Shown piece after piece: positions 50,482 through 62,556 of a stretch of DNA of 64,000 nucleotides; the stretch's first letter is position 1, and each line of letters starts with the position of its first letter. Origin of the DNA: Catajapyx aquilonaris (lineage: Eukaryota); assembly GCA_000934665.2 (NCBI GenBank), contig KZ538416.1:1-64000 (forward strand), given 5' to 3'. The position numbers and the translations under genes are program-made. A model generated the notes under the pieces. That model was given only the letters and a program-made list of their open reading frames with translations, was not told where the DNA came from and did not search any database.

Positions 50482-52837
50482 CATCTGACCAAGCCAGAGA
50501 AAAATATGTGGCAGAAAGGAGACTCTATAAAAAACTATTAGCTGCAAAAAAGAAAAAATACTTCTCAGAAACCCTGAGGCAACAATTATTAAGTACGGTA
50601 GAACCAAAGAGTTTCTGGAAAATAATAAAACAAGCAAAGAGGTATGCACCTAAAATAGACTTGGACAAGGAAAAATGGTGGGAGTACAACAAAAAATTAC
50701 AAGAGAGAAACGCCTCAAATCTAATCCCCCAAATCGTCAATTTTGGTACGTTTGAAGATCCGATGCTAGACCACATTTTAACGTTTGAGGAATACGAAAT
50801 AGCAATTAAGAAATTAAGGCCTAAATCCTCTCCAGGGCCAGACATGGTGCCAAATACTTTATTACTTGTGAAAGCAGAATGCCTTCATGATAATCTATTC
50901 ACTAAATTGAAAAATTACTTAGAAAGCAGGCAAATACCGGATGGATGGATACAAGCCAAAATATGCCCGATTTATAAAACAGGAGACAAAGAGGACCCAG
51001 CAAACTACAGACCAATAACTCTTTTTAACAATACTCTTAAAATTTTCACTTCCATTATAAACAACAGGATCAGGATATGGGCAGAAACAAGCGGAATTTT
51101 TCCTGAATGGCAAGCAGCATTTCGCAAAGGCAGAGGATGTGCAGACCACTTATTCACCCTGCATGTACTGACCCAAAAATATCTAAATAAACCTAAGGGC
51201 AAACTCTTCGCTGCATTCATAGATCTATCAAAAGCTTTCGACTCGATTGGACATAATATGTTATTACAAAAATTAAACTCTATAGGCTTTAGCTTCAAAA
51301 CCTTAGAATTAATTAGACAAATTTACCTTAAAATGGAAATTGTGGAAGACTTTGAAACAAAAAACCCAATCAGAATAACAAGAGGAGTTCCGCAAGGAGA
51401 ATCACTTAGCCCTACCTTATTTAATCTGTATATGGCAGACCTAGATACCTTTCTACAGCAAAGAAATTGCAAAGGAGTTAATTTTGGAAGCGGATTAAGA
51501 GAAATCAGAATACTAGCGTATGCAGATGACCTCATTCTTTTAGGAGATAACCCCCTCTATCTGCAGGAAAATATAAATGCATTACGAGAGTATTTTGAAG
51601 CGCAAGAACTCCAAATAAATCTTAAAAAAACAAAGATTATTTGCTTCAGAAAAGGAGGTAGACCACCAAATAAAGCTTTTTATTGGCACTCCGAAAAAAT
51701 AGAAATGGTATCGTCATATACATATTTGGGCATAACACTCAAGAGCTCCGGAAAATTTATTTTAGCTGCTGAACAACTGAAAAAGAAAGCACTCTCTGCG
51801 ATAAACGGACTCTGGCCTATATTGATAAATTTAAAATTACGAGACATACATATTGCTATGAAACTTTTCCATACCCATATCACACCGATAATAATGTATA
51901 ATGCACATATTTGGGGTCCAAACCACTTAGACACGATAAACCAGGTACAAATTTTCTTTATAAAAAAATTCCTAGGACTCCCACGAAATGCAGCGAATTA
52001 TTTTGTCTACTTGGAAACAGGGATTTTGCCATTAACTGCTGTATTAATAAAATCAATAATCAGAAACATGGAAAAGATAATAAACCTGGACGATCAGAGG
52101 CTAGTGAAAGAAGCCTATAATTATTCTTTGAAAACTAATTCAGATAAGCCATTATTAAGAGAAAATTGGATATACACTTGTAAAAACCTAATTCAAAAAA
52201 ACGGAGTGAACTGGTCAGATATCTTTTCGGACATGGCCATTATTGCTGAAAAGATAAACGCGACCCAAAAGACAAATATTATGAACATACTTCAACAAAC
52301 TAGTAGATATAAATATTACAAAGAAATTAAAAATAGTTTTGAACAGGAAGGATACCTAGCTTACGGTTTGCCAATGATACAGATCAGAATGATAAGTAAT
52401 TTAAGAAATAAGTCAAAATATATACGCTTAAAGAAAGACTCCATAAAGCTGTATGATGAGGTTTTCTGTGAATGGTGTAATATGCAAGAACCGTTAACAG
52501 CACATCACATAATATACGAATGCAGATATTTCGATACGCCGAGAAAAATTAATCTGTACAACCTCCCCTCTTACCCACCGACACTTTTTCATTTTCTTTT
52601 GGAAGGATTAACAAAAAACCAAATTTTCTGTTTATATGCTTTTTTTCACAATGTAAATAAAAGAATCAACTTTTCAATGTAATCCGGGAACCTCGAAACA
52701 TCAGATAATTTGTCAAAAATTGTAATTACAAAAGTAAACTGTAAAAAAAAAAAAAATGGGTGTGTATGTGTCCCCCAATACAGGCATACGCCTGAGCACG
52801 GGGTATGAAAATAAAAATAAATAAATAAATAAAAAAT
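50482..52837 (+). mobile_element. 5'-truncated non-LTR retrotransposon (RTE-X-like), antisense in an L2HGDH intron
   Basis: 16-bp TSD AACATCAAGGTCAAGC (50466-50481 and 52838-52853); (TAAA)n tail; RT ORF. Confidence 0.9.
50508..52682 (+). CDS. LINE ORF2 reverse transcriptase (endonuclease lost by 5' truncation) with C-terminal CCHC-like motif
   Basis: KSSPGPD, NYRPITL, QAAFRKGR, FIDLSKAFD, GVPQGESLSPTLFNLY, YADD, YLG motifs; CEWC...H....C; no stops over 724 codons; no true ATG start. Confidence 0.9.
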   Translation: MAERRLYKKLLAAKKKKYFSETLRQQLLSTVEPKSFWKIIKQAKRYAPKIDLDKEKWWEYNKKLQERNASNLIPQIVNFGTFEDPMLDHILTFEEYEIAIKKLRPKSSPGPDMVPNTLLLVKAECLHDNLFTKLKNYLESRQIPDGWIQAKICPIYKTGDKEDPANYRPITLFNNTLKIFTSIINNRIRIWAETSGIFPEWQAAFRKGRGCADHLFTLHVLTQKYLNKPKGKLFAAFIDLSKAFDSIGHNMLLQKLNSIGFSFKTLELIRQIYLKMEIVEDFETKNPIRITRGVPQGESLSPTLFNLYMADLDTFLQQRNCKGVNFGSGLREIRILAYADDLILLGDNPLYLQENINALREYFEAQELQINLKKTKIICFRKGGRPPNKAFYWHSEKIEMVSSYTYLGITLKSSGKFILAAEQLKKKALSAINGLWPILINLKLRDIHIAMKLFHTHITPIIMYNAHIWGPNHLDTINQVQIFFIKKFLGLPRNAANYFVYLETGILPLTAVLIKSIIRNMEKIINLDDQRLVKEAYNYSLKTNSDKPLLRENWIYTCKNLIQKNGVNWSDIFSDMAIIAEKINATQKTNIMNILQQTSRYKYYKEIKNSFEQEGYLAYGLPMIQIRMISNLRNKSKYIRLKKDSIKLYDEVFCEWCNMQEPLTAHHIIYECRYFDTPRKINLYNLPSYPPTLFHFLLEGLTKNQIFCLYAFFHNVNKRINFSM

Positions 52838-53798
52838 AACATCAAGGTCAAGCAGACTTGGAGATAATAAATCTGAAATGTCTGAAAAAGCCCTCTATAG
52901 GCTACTCCACGTTATTTGATGTTGCGAGTGAACCATTCATGGTAAGTGAACAGTTCTTATACCGCTATGTTATGCATGAAAAGACGTTTCTGCGATAACT
53001 TAAAAATTGACCCAGCCCCACACTGAGAAAAATGACCCCAAAGATGACCAAATTAGTGGAAAACAGACATTTCAGAAGTTTTATTTCCAAGACTGCTTGA
53101 CCTGTGATGTTGTCCTTCGACAGTATAGTAATGATCAGATGACAATGTATACCTACCATATTAATTCCACACCCTTAGCATGTGTTTAACCATGACATTG
53201 GACAATATGAAATGTGTCCGTTTTGCTCAATAATGCGATTTTCTTTTAACATTTTTATTTTACAATCTAGGTTAAACCAGTTGCCACCAAAATGTTCCTC
53301 ATCTCACGACAGTTCATTTGATATCATTTATATGAATATTAAACTAACTTGTGATACGTTCTTGACCAATTTAGTTCGCATTACAAGTTGGGTGCAATAC
53401 TGCCCTGAGCCATTTTTTCACACGCGGCCACCTTATTTTGTCAATTCTTAGAGTGGGTGGTGCATCATCATCATCATAATAGCACGTAAATGTTCCTTAT
53501 TAGTGCCTTGTATATTGGGGTAGAAATGAAAATTGTCCCATGGAAAATGTGATTTATGGGTCATCTCGAACTTTCAAATGCGTTTTTCTCGAAATCAGGT
53601 TTGGGAGGGTTAGGGCAGTATTGCACCGACCCCTTCAACTGTTATTAGCTCTTGATGATAGTAACACTACTTCTGGATAAATTATTACCAGGCTGACATG
53701 CTTCATGGATGACCCCTTTTGTGCTTGAGTGCTGTGGTGTATAACATGTCCAATTAGCATGATTAAAAAGCATATATATTCCAAGAAGTTATCCATAC

Positions 53799-53953
53799 CA
53801 ACTATTGCTTCCTTCTCGAGGACGGCAAACGTGAGGTTGGGATGCCGGGTGATCAGCTCCCTGGCTGTTGCCAGACCCACAATGCCTCCACCCACTATTG
53901 CCACATCATATTCATCTTCAGGCCTGCCAGTATTACACACAATATCAGAAATC
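53799..53953 (-). CDS. L2HGDH: L2HGDH exon with the FAD-binding Rossmann motif (5' border 53953, or alternatively 53922)
   Basis: [20 protein letters not shown]...AVLEKE; phase-1 donor G|GTATG joins the 47814 acceptor. Confidence 0.9.
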
Positions 53954-54345
53954 TAACCAACAAACATGAACAATCAAGTGGAGGGATGGAATTGCCATTT
54001 CTAACATCCTACAAAAGAAAGGCATAGTTGGCATAGATTAATTTTTTTTTACGGGTGCAACTGTGTGCGCATCCACACTCGCACAAGTCCATTGTCCCAA
54101 CAACAATGTTGCCACAACTACTTCTCAGGAGCCTCTAAAGATTGTTTCAGAGCCTTAGCAACATCGCAAAAGTTTTTTGTTACCCCCTCAAGCTTAGTGT
54201 TGGAAACAATTTGCGCGGACTGTGTTGCACACTCAGTTGCGCTCATAAAAATGTTCGTCATAAGTGATATGGTCAAGTGTTGCTTATTAGGCTCAATCAG
54301 ACTACATGCACCTGGATGAGCAGCACTCAATATTATCACATACCA

Positions 54346-54954
54346 CAGGGTGGACAGAAAGTTTCGGACCCCTGCAAATTTGGGATTTTAATGTGTGTCC
54401 TTGGAGGAGACATTCTGAATGTGGAAATGCGTCATGTTGACTAATTTACCACGGTAGGACTGTTTACTGTCCTTTCGTACCAAAAAAATTATTTGAATGT
54501 AAAAATGGAGAGTACCAATGTGAGGATTGGAAAGTAATGCATCTGCGTCAGCAATTTAATGCATTCCTTTTCATATTTTTATTGGACAAGGTTATAGACC
54601 AATGCAAAAAATAAGGTCAGGAGTGAGTTCACAACATTTGACTGAAGGGGAACTCATGGAAAAGGGGTAATGTAAACCTTACCTGCTGCATAATATGACC
54701 AGGGGTCCTCCAAGGCAACAAGCAAAATAAATGCAAAACAAATAGGATGTTTAGATGAGTCACAGAGGTGAAGTTATTAATGGAATTGCAGGAGCAAAGG
54801 TGCTCACATGTTCTCAAGATTATGCTTTAAAAGAGAGTGTACATTAGAACTGCTTGTGGACTTTTAAAAGATGTGAAAAGAAGCTGTGAAATGTAGGGTT
54901 TAAAAAACTGGGGGGTGGGGGGGGGGTGTGTTACGAAACTTTCTGTCCACCATG
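54346..54954. mobile_element. Tc1/mariner-like non-autonomous element
   Basis: TIR CAGGGTGGACAGAAAGTTTCG / CGAAACTTTCTGTCCACCATG|TA. Confidence 0.65.
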
Positions 54955-55200
54955 TAGTAGCAGACCCGTTGCCAAATTTTGGCAACACTGCCTGCTCCCC
55001 CCCCCTCCCCCACCCACTTGGACATAGTACGATATGCCACTACCAGTTGGCACATACCTGCCACTCTCAGGGCAAAAGGAATAGTCTACTACATGCACGT
55101 TGGTGATGAGTCACTGCATGGACAAAGTCCACCAGGGTGCTATAACTTATAATATTATTATCTATTATAGGTTTATTATAGCAGAACTCTTTGGTCCCAC

Positions 55201-55649
55201 CAGGGAGCATATACTACATAAGAAGCGCAAACTTCTGTAGGCGCCTTTGATGTTTGCGTCTCTCTGTTTATAGGGCGTTGCCAAGGCTGGCGGCCATCTT
55301 GAAGTGTGTGGTGCGCCAACGAGGTATGAATAGGGTACAAGCAAAAATAGGGTCCGCCATCTTTGATGATTTTGGCGGCCATGGCAACTTCACGACAAGA
55401 ACACGCGCGAATTTGAATTCGATATTGGAATGGGTAAGTAAATTGTTATTGCCATGTATTGCCATGGCAGCCAAAACCATCAAAGATGGCGGACCCCCGC
55501 GGACCTTGACGGCCTGCCTGTACCCTATTTATACCTCGTTGGCGCACCACACACTTCTAGATGGCCGCCAGCCTTGGCAACGCCCTATAAACAGAGAGAC
55601 GTAAAAATCGAATGTTTGACCCTCTTATGTACGTAGTATATGCTCCCTG
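55201..55649. mobile_element. Palindromic MITE with 7-bp TSD (P- or hAT-like)
   Basis: TIR CAGGGAGCATATACTAC / GTAGTATATGCTCCCTG; TSD GTCCCAC; ~130-bp internal inverted arms. Confidence 0.8.
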
Positions 55650-55728
55650 GTCCCACCCTCTCTGACCACTATATGTCCTCTCATTGTTGAACAGGAAAAG
55701 TGAAAACTATGGTAACTACTACCTAGGC

Positions 55729-56099
55729 CAGGGGTGGGCAAACCTTTTTCTCCCTGGGCCGCATAGGGATTTTAAAAAAATTGACGGGCCGCATCTAACA
55801 AATAAGAAATTTCAACTTGTAAAAAAGTTTGCAATTATATATCCATTGTTTTAAATGAACTTCCATTAATTGCATAAATTACCATTAAATTCTCTGAAAA
55901 TCGATAAAATTAGCTAAATATATTGATGAAAATGGCCTGTATAAATAAAAAACAATGTTTTTGTGGATTTAAAAGAATTAAAAAGAAAGGCATAGGCATA
56001 GAATTTTTAAATTTAAATTTTTCAACATTTTCAGGAATACCGAAATTTTTGCACGGGCCACACAATTTGTCTTCGTGGGCTGTAGTTTGCCCACCCTTG
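55729..56099. mobile_element. hAT (Charlie-type) MITE
   Basis: TIR CAGGGGTGGGCAAAC / GTTTGCCCACCCTTG; degenerate TSD ACCTAGGC / ACATAAGC. Confidence 0.7.
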
Positions 56100-56479
56100 A
56101 CATAAGCAATGAGTCAACTTGTTTATAGAATGGCGTCATGCAGTCTATATTCTGTATATGATACTGCTGAATTTGTTGTTGTCATTGTTGTTGGGCTTTT
56201 CAGAGAAAATGGCTTATTCAGGGTATTTCTCAGGTCAAGTTGATGGTCCCAACTATGGAGACAGGGGAAAGTCAAAAGATTATAATCACCCTGGGCCATG
56301 TCAACAGTCCAAATATGAAATATGGCAGAAGAAGCCCCAACACAGTGCCGAGTCTGGACTGGAGTTCGCATTAGCATCAGAAGTGACTGCAGGAAGTCCG
56401 TGGTTTACAAACGACCCGACTTCTGGAGATATGTACTTACAAACGGGCTCCCAAGCTCCCCATAAGGATAATTAATAAT

Positions 56480-57163
56480 GGGGAAGTAGCCTTGGTCTGG
56501 GATTTGGGATTTTTGTTCATAACTAGCTAGCCCATGCCTGTAAACATACATTCCATCACTCTGTTGCATCAAAATGACATTACTGGATAAATTACGGCAC
56601 ATTTAAAAGTGCCTTCAAAATTGGCGGGAAAAATGCCCCGGCCGGGTGGTGCCAATCGAAAGGGTACACTGAAATGCCTGGTTGTAGTGGTTGACTGCGA
56701 GATATGAGTAATTTGACTTTGAATTAACCGCGGACACGACGGAAAGCATTCGCAAGGCGGCTGTAGGCCATCGAGGTGGAGAAAAGGGGGCCTTCATGTG
56801 CCGAATTCGGGTGACAGATGATTCCTGCCAGTTGGCACCACTGTCAGCCCAGAAGCGACTTGAGCGGCCTGGAATAAATACGCGCCCCGGCCGCTATCTT
56901 GCTCACGGAATGGGACGGTTGCTAACAACAGCGAAGCATTTTACGACAATGACGGGGCGCATTCTATAACACCATTTTTGCGTTCATTTCACTTCGCGTG
57001 ACGTCAACATTTTCTAGGGAAACAGTGACGTCACCATTTCCCTACATAAAAACCCCAATTACTCCGGAACTGAAACTGATATCTTAAAACGGAATATGGC
57101 AAAAAAATCCAAAAAATATGGGCGAATTTATTATGTAGTTTCCAAAATGAAGGCTACTTCCCC
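56480..57163. mobile_element. GGGG...CCCC TIR element (copy 2)
   Basis: GGGGAAGTAGCCTT / AAGGCTACTTCCCC perfect TIR; homologous to 19991-20749. Confidence 0.8.
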
Positions 57164-57316
57164 ATTATCCCTCCATTCTCAATCATATCTGCGTACATCG
57201 ACTGACACCAAGTTCAACATAAATACCATATAATTAATAATAATTTGAGAACCGCTTTCTTCCATGCATGTAAACAAACCCAAATGATGTCAGTCGTTCA
57301 TTGGCGCAGTGTCTTT

Positions 57317-57434
57317 AAGGCCCATTCACACAGGCCGTTGACGGTTTTGGTCTTTGGTCGCGTCGACGCCGCTGACCAATCATGACTCATGTAAGCAAGC
57401 ACAACACCGTCGACAGCCTTTGTGAATGGGCCTT
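57317..57434. mobile_element. PIF/Harbinger-like small MITE
   Basis: AAGGCCCATTCACACAGGCCGTTGACGG...CCGTCGACAGCCTTTGTGAATGGGCCTT. Confidence 0.6.
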
Positions 57435-58724
57435 TACACTAGCGGTTATTATTTTTATTTGAGTATATGCACTGTTCCTCCGGTATCAAGTTACGTACAA
57501 ATCTAACTTACATTTTCAGGAATGTGATACCGTTTGTACACCAAGTCCTACCTGTATTTCATCAACTCTCCCCAATCCCTGCCCATAAATTTGGGCACTT
57601 AAACACCCTGTAGACTACATATTCTAACCCACACTGACATAATGACTGGGATCAATGAGGATGGAATTTTATTCCACACTGAATCTGAATCACTGAAACA
57701 AGGACATATAGTACGCCTATCAATTTATTTCATGCGTATAGTGTTAGGTTATGTAATAATAATAATGGGGCAAAATTACATTACATGCCAGGAGAAGGTT
57801 CATTTTGCTTGTCGGCTGTACCAATTTCAAACCACACCTCGTGTGCCTACTTGTTGTTGTCAATGATAAAACAGAACATGTTTTTAAATGCCTGGCATGA
57901 TGTATGTACTCTTACTATAACAGCTGCTATTTACATATCAGTTTCCAGTGGTGTTGTGCTCGCCGTTGCTAGTGTCCGGCGAGACGGTCCTAGGTGGTGC
58001 AGGATCCTGTATGACCGCGACCGGATCAACCCGTACATGCTAGCGACTGACTTGAGGTAGTGGTAGTACTGTACCTCTGACGAATACCCAGATGAAACGC
58101 AGACAGGTCGCCGGAACAGGCCGCGGCCTGAAGTGAATGGAAACTTTCGGTAGTTTCATATCCGATAGGATTGCCTGCTGTACTGTTTTGTACGTGGTAC
58201 AAGACAGTACTATGCATGACCCTTATCTCGGCAGTTCACTACGCCTTCAGTAACAGTCCTTGATGATCACCGTCTTAACTAACCAGCTAACTAATTAAAA
58301 TATACCAGCACAAGCAGGGGCGGCAAAAACCTAAATAATGGACGTCACTGTGCCTGTTGGCTCCAATTAACATTTCCACGTATGTTTTTATGCCATCATT
58401 GTTGTCGTGGTGTTTGTGACTTGCCGCCAATGAGAAAAATGGTCCGAAATATCGAGTGACTTTTGGTGGGAGCCTTTTCATTTCCCCGCGCGAAATACCT
58501 TATCGATACTATCCTCGCTATTCGAATCATATTAGCTCAGCTCATCATCAGCTGTACAGTTGCATCCCAACTCTGTTTCTCATCCCTGCAGATGGATGCA
58601 CTGTCCGAGCCTGCAGCCGGTTGGCTTCATCTCCGCCAGATCTATGGCACAGCCCCGCGCCGACGCACGAAGCAACAGAAGCAGCCCTGGAAAAATGTCG
58701 GGGGAGGATGCTGGTGGTACAGGT

Positions 58725-58787
58725 GTGAAGTTGGGATGACAGGTGAAGTTGGGATGACAGGTGAAGTTGGGATGACAGGTGAAGTTG
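58725..58787 (+). repeat. 18-bp tandem repeat (x3.5) just upstream of the unc-79 ATG
   Basis: (GTGAAGTTGGGATGACAG)3 GTGAAGTTG. Confidence 0.9.
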
Positions 58788-58841
58788 ACAACCGCTGATT
58801 GAGAGGACGGCTGGCGAACAGCACGGTGCTAGGCCGCCACA

Positions 58842-58863
58842 ATGGGCACCAGGGCGGCGGCAT
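58842..58863 (+). CDS. unc-79: Protein unc-79 homolog, first coding micro-exon (MGTRAAA)
   Basis: GCCGCCACAATGGGCACCAGGGCGGCGGCAT|GTACGT; splices to give MGTRAAAFTAKIR, matching the arthropod UNC79 N-terminus. Confidence 0.85.
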
Positions 58864-59166
58864 GTACGTAACTGTTATACAGTATAGTCTGCGGCTGATG
58901 CATGCATCGGCATAGTCGTCTTAGCTCAGGTGGGAATGCAAGATGGCACGTTGTGGTTACAAGGCGAGCTAAAAAATTACTGGAAGCAGTCCTTGCCATT
59001 GCCCAGGATTTTCAATGCAAAAGCTGCTGTTAAACGTTAAAAGATATTTCTACCATCTAACATTTAAAAAAAAGCCAGTCAGGGACTTGTTATTGACACG
59101 TGCCTTTTATGGTGTTACAATAAATAGAAAATATAATGTTCATGGGGTGACATTTATTGTTTAATA

Positions 59167-59394
59167 CAGTGGTTTTCAACCTTTTACCGACTGCGACCCC
59201 CTAAACATGTTTCCATAATTGTGCGACCNNNNNNNNNNNNNNNACCCCTTCTACAACTGACCCATTTCCAGAAAACATACACTCTGTACGGCCGCAAAAA
59301 TGGTTCAATTTACACAAATTGCAAAAAAAAAAGTTGAACAAAGGCTCGCGACCCCCCACGACCCTGCCTGCGACCCCCAGGTTGGAAACCACTG
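59167..59394. mobile_element. hAT MITE (short relative of 33287-34559)
   Basis: TIR CAGTGGTTTTCAACC / GGTTGGAAACCACTG; perfect TSD GTTTAATA. Confidence 0.85.
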
Positions 59395-59443
59395 GTTTAA
59401 TATGACGTGATTACTATTATTATTTGATGTTTTCATTTTTCAG

Positions 59444-59896
59444 TCACGGCGAAGATCCGAAATCTGAATGACTTTCATCTCCGACTCCTTCACAACATTG
59501 TACCACTTCCCTCAGGCCAGGACATAGCCAACACCTTGAAGCATTTTTCCCAGACTCTTCTGGGTGTCTTGAAGGATGTTCCCAATTTTCCACTGGAGAT
59601 GCTTAAGTGCCGCTCGCAAGACACGGTGCGAATGTCCCTATTCCCAAGCCTCGATTACAAGGCCCTGTTTGGAGCCATAGTCCAGCTTCTGGAAATGGCT
59701 CCCGTTATCCAGCAAGGAGTGGAAACATTTGGACTTGGGATTTTCCATTCTCTCTCCTGCTTGCTGCCCTTCTTGGAGCATGAGTTGATTGACACCCTGC
59801 CTTATGTAGTAGCAAATTCTATGGCCTGCCTGCCACCTTGCCTTCACCAGGAGATCATGAATATGCTATGTTACAGGCTTCTTCCAGTCACTCTAT
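59444..59896 (+). CDS. unc-79: unc-79 coding exon 2
   Basis: TAKIRNLNDFHLRLLHNIVPLPSGQDIANTLKHFSQTLL...LLPFLEHELIDTLPYVVA; TTTTCAG acceptor, GTATGT donor. Confidence 0.93.
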
Positions 59897-59962
59897 GTAT
59901 GTTTCAATGCAAGTCATGAGTTTTGTGTTGGGATACCCAGGTATTTGTATTCAAACCTACAG

Positions 59963-60055
59963 GCATGGAAGAAGGGGAGACTGAGGCAGACAATTATGCA
60001 AGCCAATCTACTTCTGCTGTGCTCATGATGGTGCTTCAGTACTCGGACAAGACAG
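59963..60055 (+). CDS. unc-79: unc-79 coding exon 3
   Basis: After a 66-bp intron: MEEGETEADNYASQSTSAVLMMVLQYSDKT; phase-consistent AG/GT. Confidence 0.85.
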
Positions 60056-61032
60056 GTCAGTAGTTGAAGGGATATTGCGTCAGTAATTTTTATTCCTTGG
60101 AAAAACAGACCAACAAAGTTTCTTTCCTGTTTCATTATCAGGGATGTAAAAGGCAGGCAATAATGTTAATATACTGACATGGCATGGAATTTTTTTAAAA
60201 TATTGGCAAAACTCGTGTGTTTCCCTATGAAGTAATGCTGTCTCTGTATGCCATTCACTTTTCTACCATTAGAGGAAAATAATTATTTGGCAACAAATAA
60301 TAATTGGAATCCTTCGTGTGACAAATTTTGCTTATCAACATTGCTTGCCTCTTATGACAAAAAAGCTCACCTTGGTATATTGATTTTGGTATTTAGGGCT
60401 TACCCCCAAACTTGCCAAATGTCCACCAAAAAATTCTCCCCATGGGACTATTTTTAGCGGTTTTTATGTTGAAGTACATTATTAAATTTATTTTTATTCT
60501 TATTTTTTAATTGTACCCCATGATAGAGCCTGTGGCTCTCTTAGGGGGGTGGGACACCACCATATTTTCTTAGTTATTTTTCATCTTTCTTTCGACTCCG
60601 GTGCAGGGAAATCAAGGACATTGGGTAAGGATAGGGATTTTTGGGGATAATACTGATAAATGGGTCATGTGGTGTTCCCCAAGAGGTTAGGCCAGACACC
60701 TCCAAGGCATGGGACAGAGACCCTCCTGACGCAGGTAAAAGGGAACTCCCAGGCGGGGATCGAACCTGGGACCTTTCATTCAGCAAGCCAAGACGTTACC
60801 GTCTCAGCCACCGCACCTCCCCGAAGTACATTATTTAATTACTGTTAACTGTGTGGATGGGGGGGAGGGATGAAAATTTATCATGTACAGAGAGAAAATG
60901 CTGAAAAAGAGCATGCTCCTAAGCATCTGGTGGAGTGAGGAGTGTCTAGAAACTCAAACCAGTACAGAGAGAGTTCTTTGTGCACTGGTATGTGACCAAA
61001 ACTGCCATATCTTGACAGATATGTCCAGTATA

Positions 61033-61409
61033 CAGGGTGTTTGTTACTAGTCCAGCATGCCGCCATCAGTGTATTCCTCGGGCCAAAAGAAGTCGAAAAT
61101 GTAGGGGGGAGAAATGTCGAGGGAGCAACCTTTAATATGACCTTGACCAGAAACATTGGTCGATGGTTGCCGAAGGAGCAGGATATCAACGTGAAAAACG
61201 TGACTGTTAGGATTTGCAAGGTCACCTCTTTCGCAGAAGTGATTACCACCGCTCACATCCTGCAACTTCGGCAACCACCGCCTACTGTTTCTGGTTGTCT
61301 ACCTGGTTAACGGTTGGTCCCTCGACATTTCTCCCCCCTACATTTTCGACTTGTTTTGGCCCAAGGAATACGCTGACGGCAGCATGCTGGACTAGTAAGA
61401 AACACCCTG
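61033..61409. mobile_element. Tc1/mariner-type MITE (TA TSD)
   Basis: TA|CAGGGTGTTTGTTACTAGTCCAGCATGC...GCATGCTGGACTAGTAAGAAACACCCTG|TA, ~90-bp arms. Confidence 0.85.
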
Positions 61410-61706
61410 TATGGACTTAAAATACACTTGATTCACTTCCATGTCGATAACACTTTGGCAATTTTTGCTGGGCTCTCCCAAAAGTAGTACAAAAAGTTCA
61501 AAATTATGTTTAATTAGGGTTAACAAAAACTCAGGACACGTAAAATATTGTGGGCATGTTAAATTTTTATGCACTGTGACGACAGTTTGCATCATACACG
61601 GTGATCAAACTTTTTTGTCAATAACTAAAACGACAAAAATGTTTGATCACCCTGTATATCACATCTAAATGACAGCACTATAGTTAGCTTGCTGTTTTGA
61701 TTCCAG

Positions 61707-62208
61707 AGTTCCACTGCCAACTGACAGAGTGCCTGATGAGCCTGAAAGCTGATGTGGTGAAAGATGTGTATTGCGTGATTTCATATGGTACTCCAGTTGC
61801 CCAAGCTGCTGCAGCCACACTTCTGGTCTACTACTGGCCTCATCTTGATCAGCACTTGTATGATCGGCGTGGGATCCAGTTCCCCTTTACTGGATGGAGG
61901 CCCATCAACTGTCAGTGGGACCAGTGCTCCAATGGGAATAATATAGAGGCTGTTAAGGTCTGCCTAGATCACACACTGGCAGTCACTTGTGCCAATGACC
62001 CTCCACCACCATTGTATGCTTGCCAAGAATGTGCTACCAAGATTGTGCATGGCTACAACATGTCTCGCCACATATACGACATATTGCAACCCATGCCGCT
62101 GGTGTCCATGGCATGTGAGAATAAAAACTGCCGCTCTGATGAAAGATCAGCAACCACTGTGTGCTTTGCAATGGACTGTGCATCCTTCCATGCCAATCGT
62201 CCAATCAG
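61707..62208 (+). CDS. unc-79: unc-79 coding exon 4
   Basis: FHCQLTECLMSLKADV..D..CVISYGT...LLVYYWP...CENKNCRS...CASFHANRPIR; TTCCAG acceptor, GTGGGT donor. Confidence 0.93.
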
Positions 62209-62556
62209 GTGGGTGGTGTTTGCATGTAAAGTAGGATTTACACTGAGCAACCTTGTCGGATAAGTTTGTGAAAATTACGTTGTCAAATTACAGTCACAAA
62301 TGTGGTTCTGCGACTTGCCTTATGACTTCAAATTCTTCCTCTCTCTGTCATTGTGATTAATTATGTCTACTTGTCCTATAACTAGGTTGCTCAATATGAA
62401 CCCTACCTTGGTTGGCCTATGTTGTTAAACGTGAATTGACTAATCAAGGACAGATTAGTATTCCTTGGAAGATGAATTGTTGATAGTGGTATTATGCTAA
62501 TTGCTGATGTGATAATGACCCAATGAAAAATACTTAATTCTTGAACTTGGCCACAG

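Larger units (their letters stand above)
49598..53651. mobile_element. Degenerate TIR DNA transposon hosting the LINE
   Basis: GAGCTAATAAC..TGAAGGGGTCGGTGCAATACTGCCCTAACCC (49598-49639) is inverted at 53607-53651; no clear TSD. Confidence 0.65.

Noticed and set aside
54629..54817. Candidate L2HGDH exon 1 ending at the CAG|GTAAG donor (~54682)
   Set aside because: Lies inside a TIR element and lacks a presequence-like frame with a suitable ATG.
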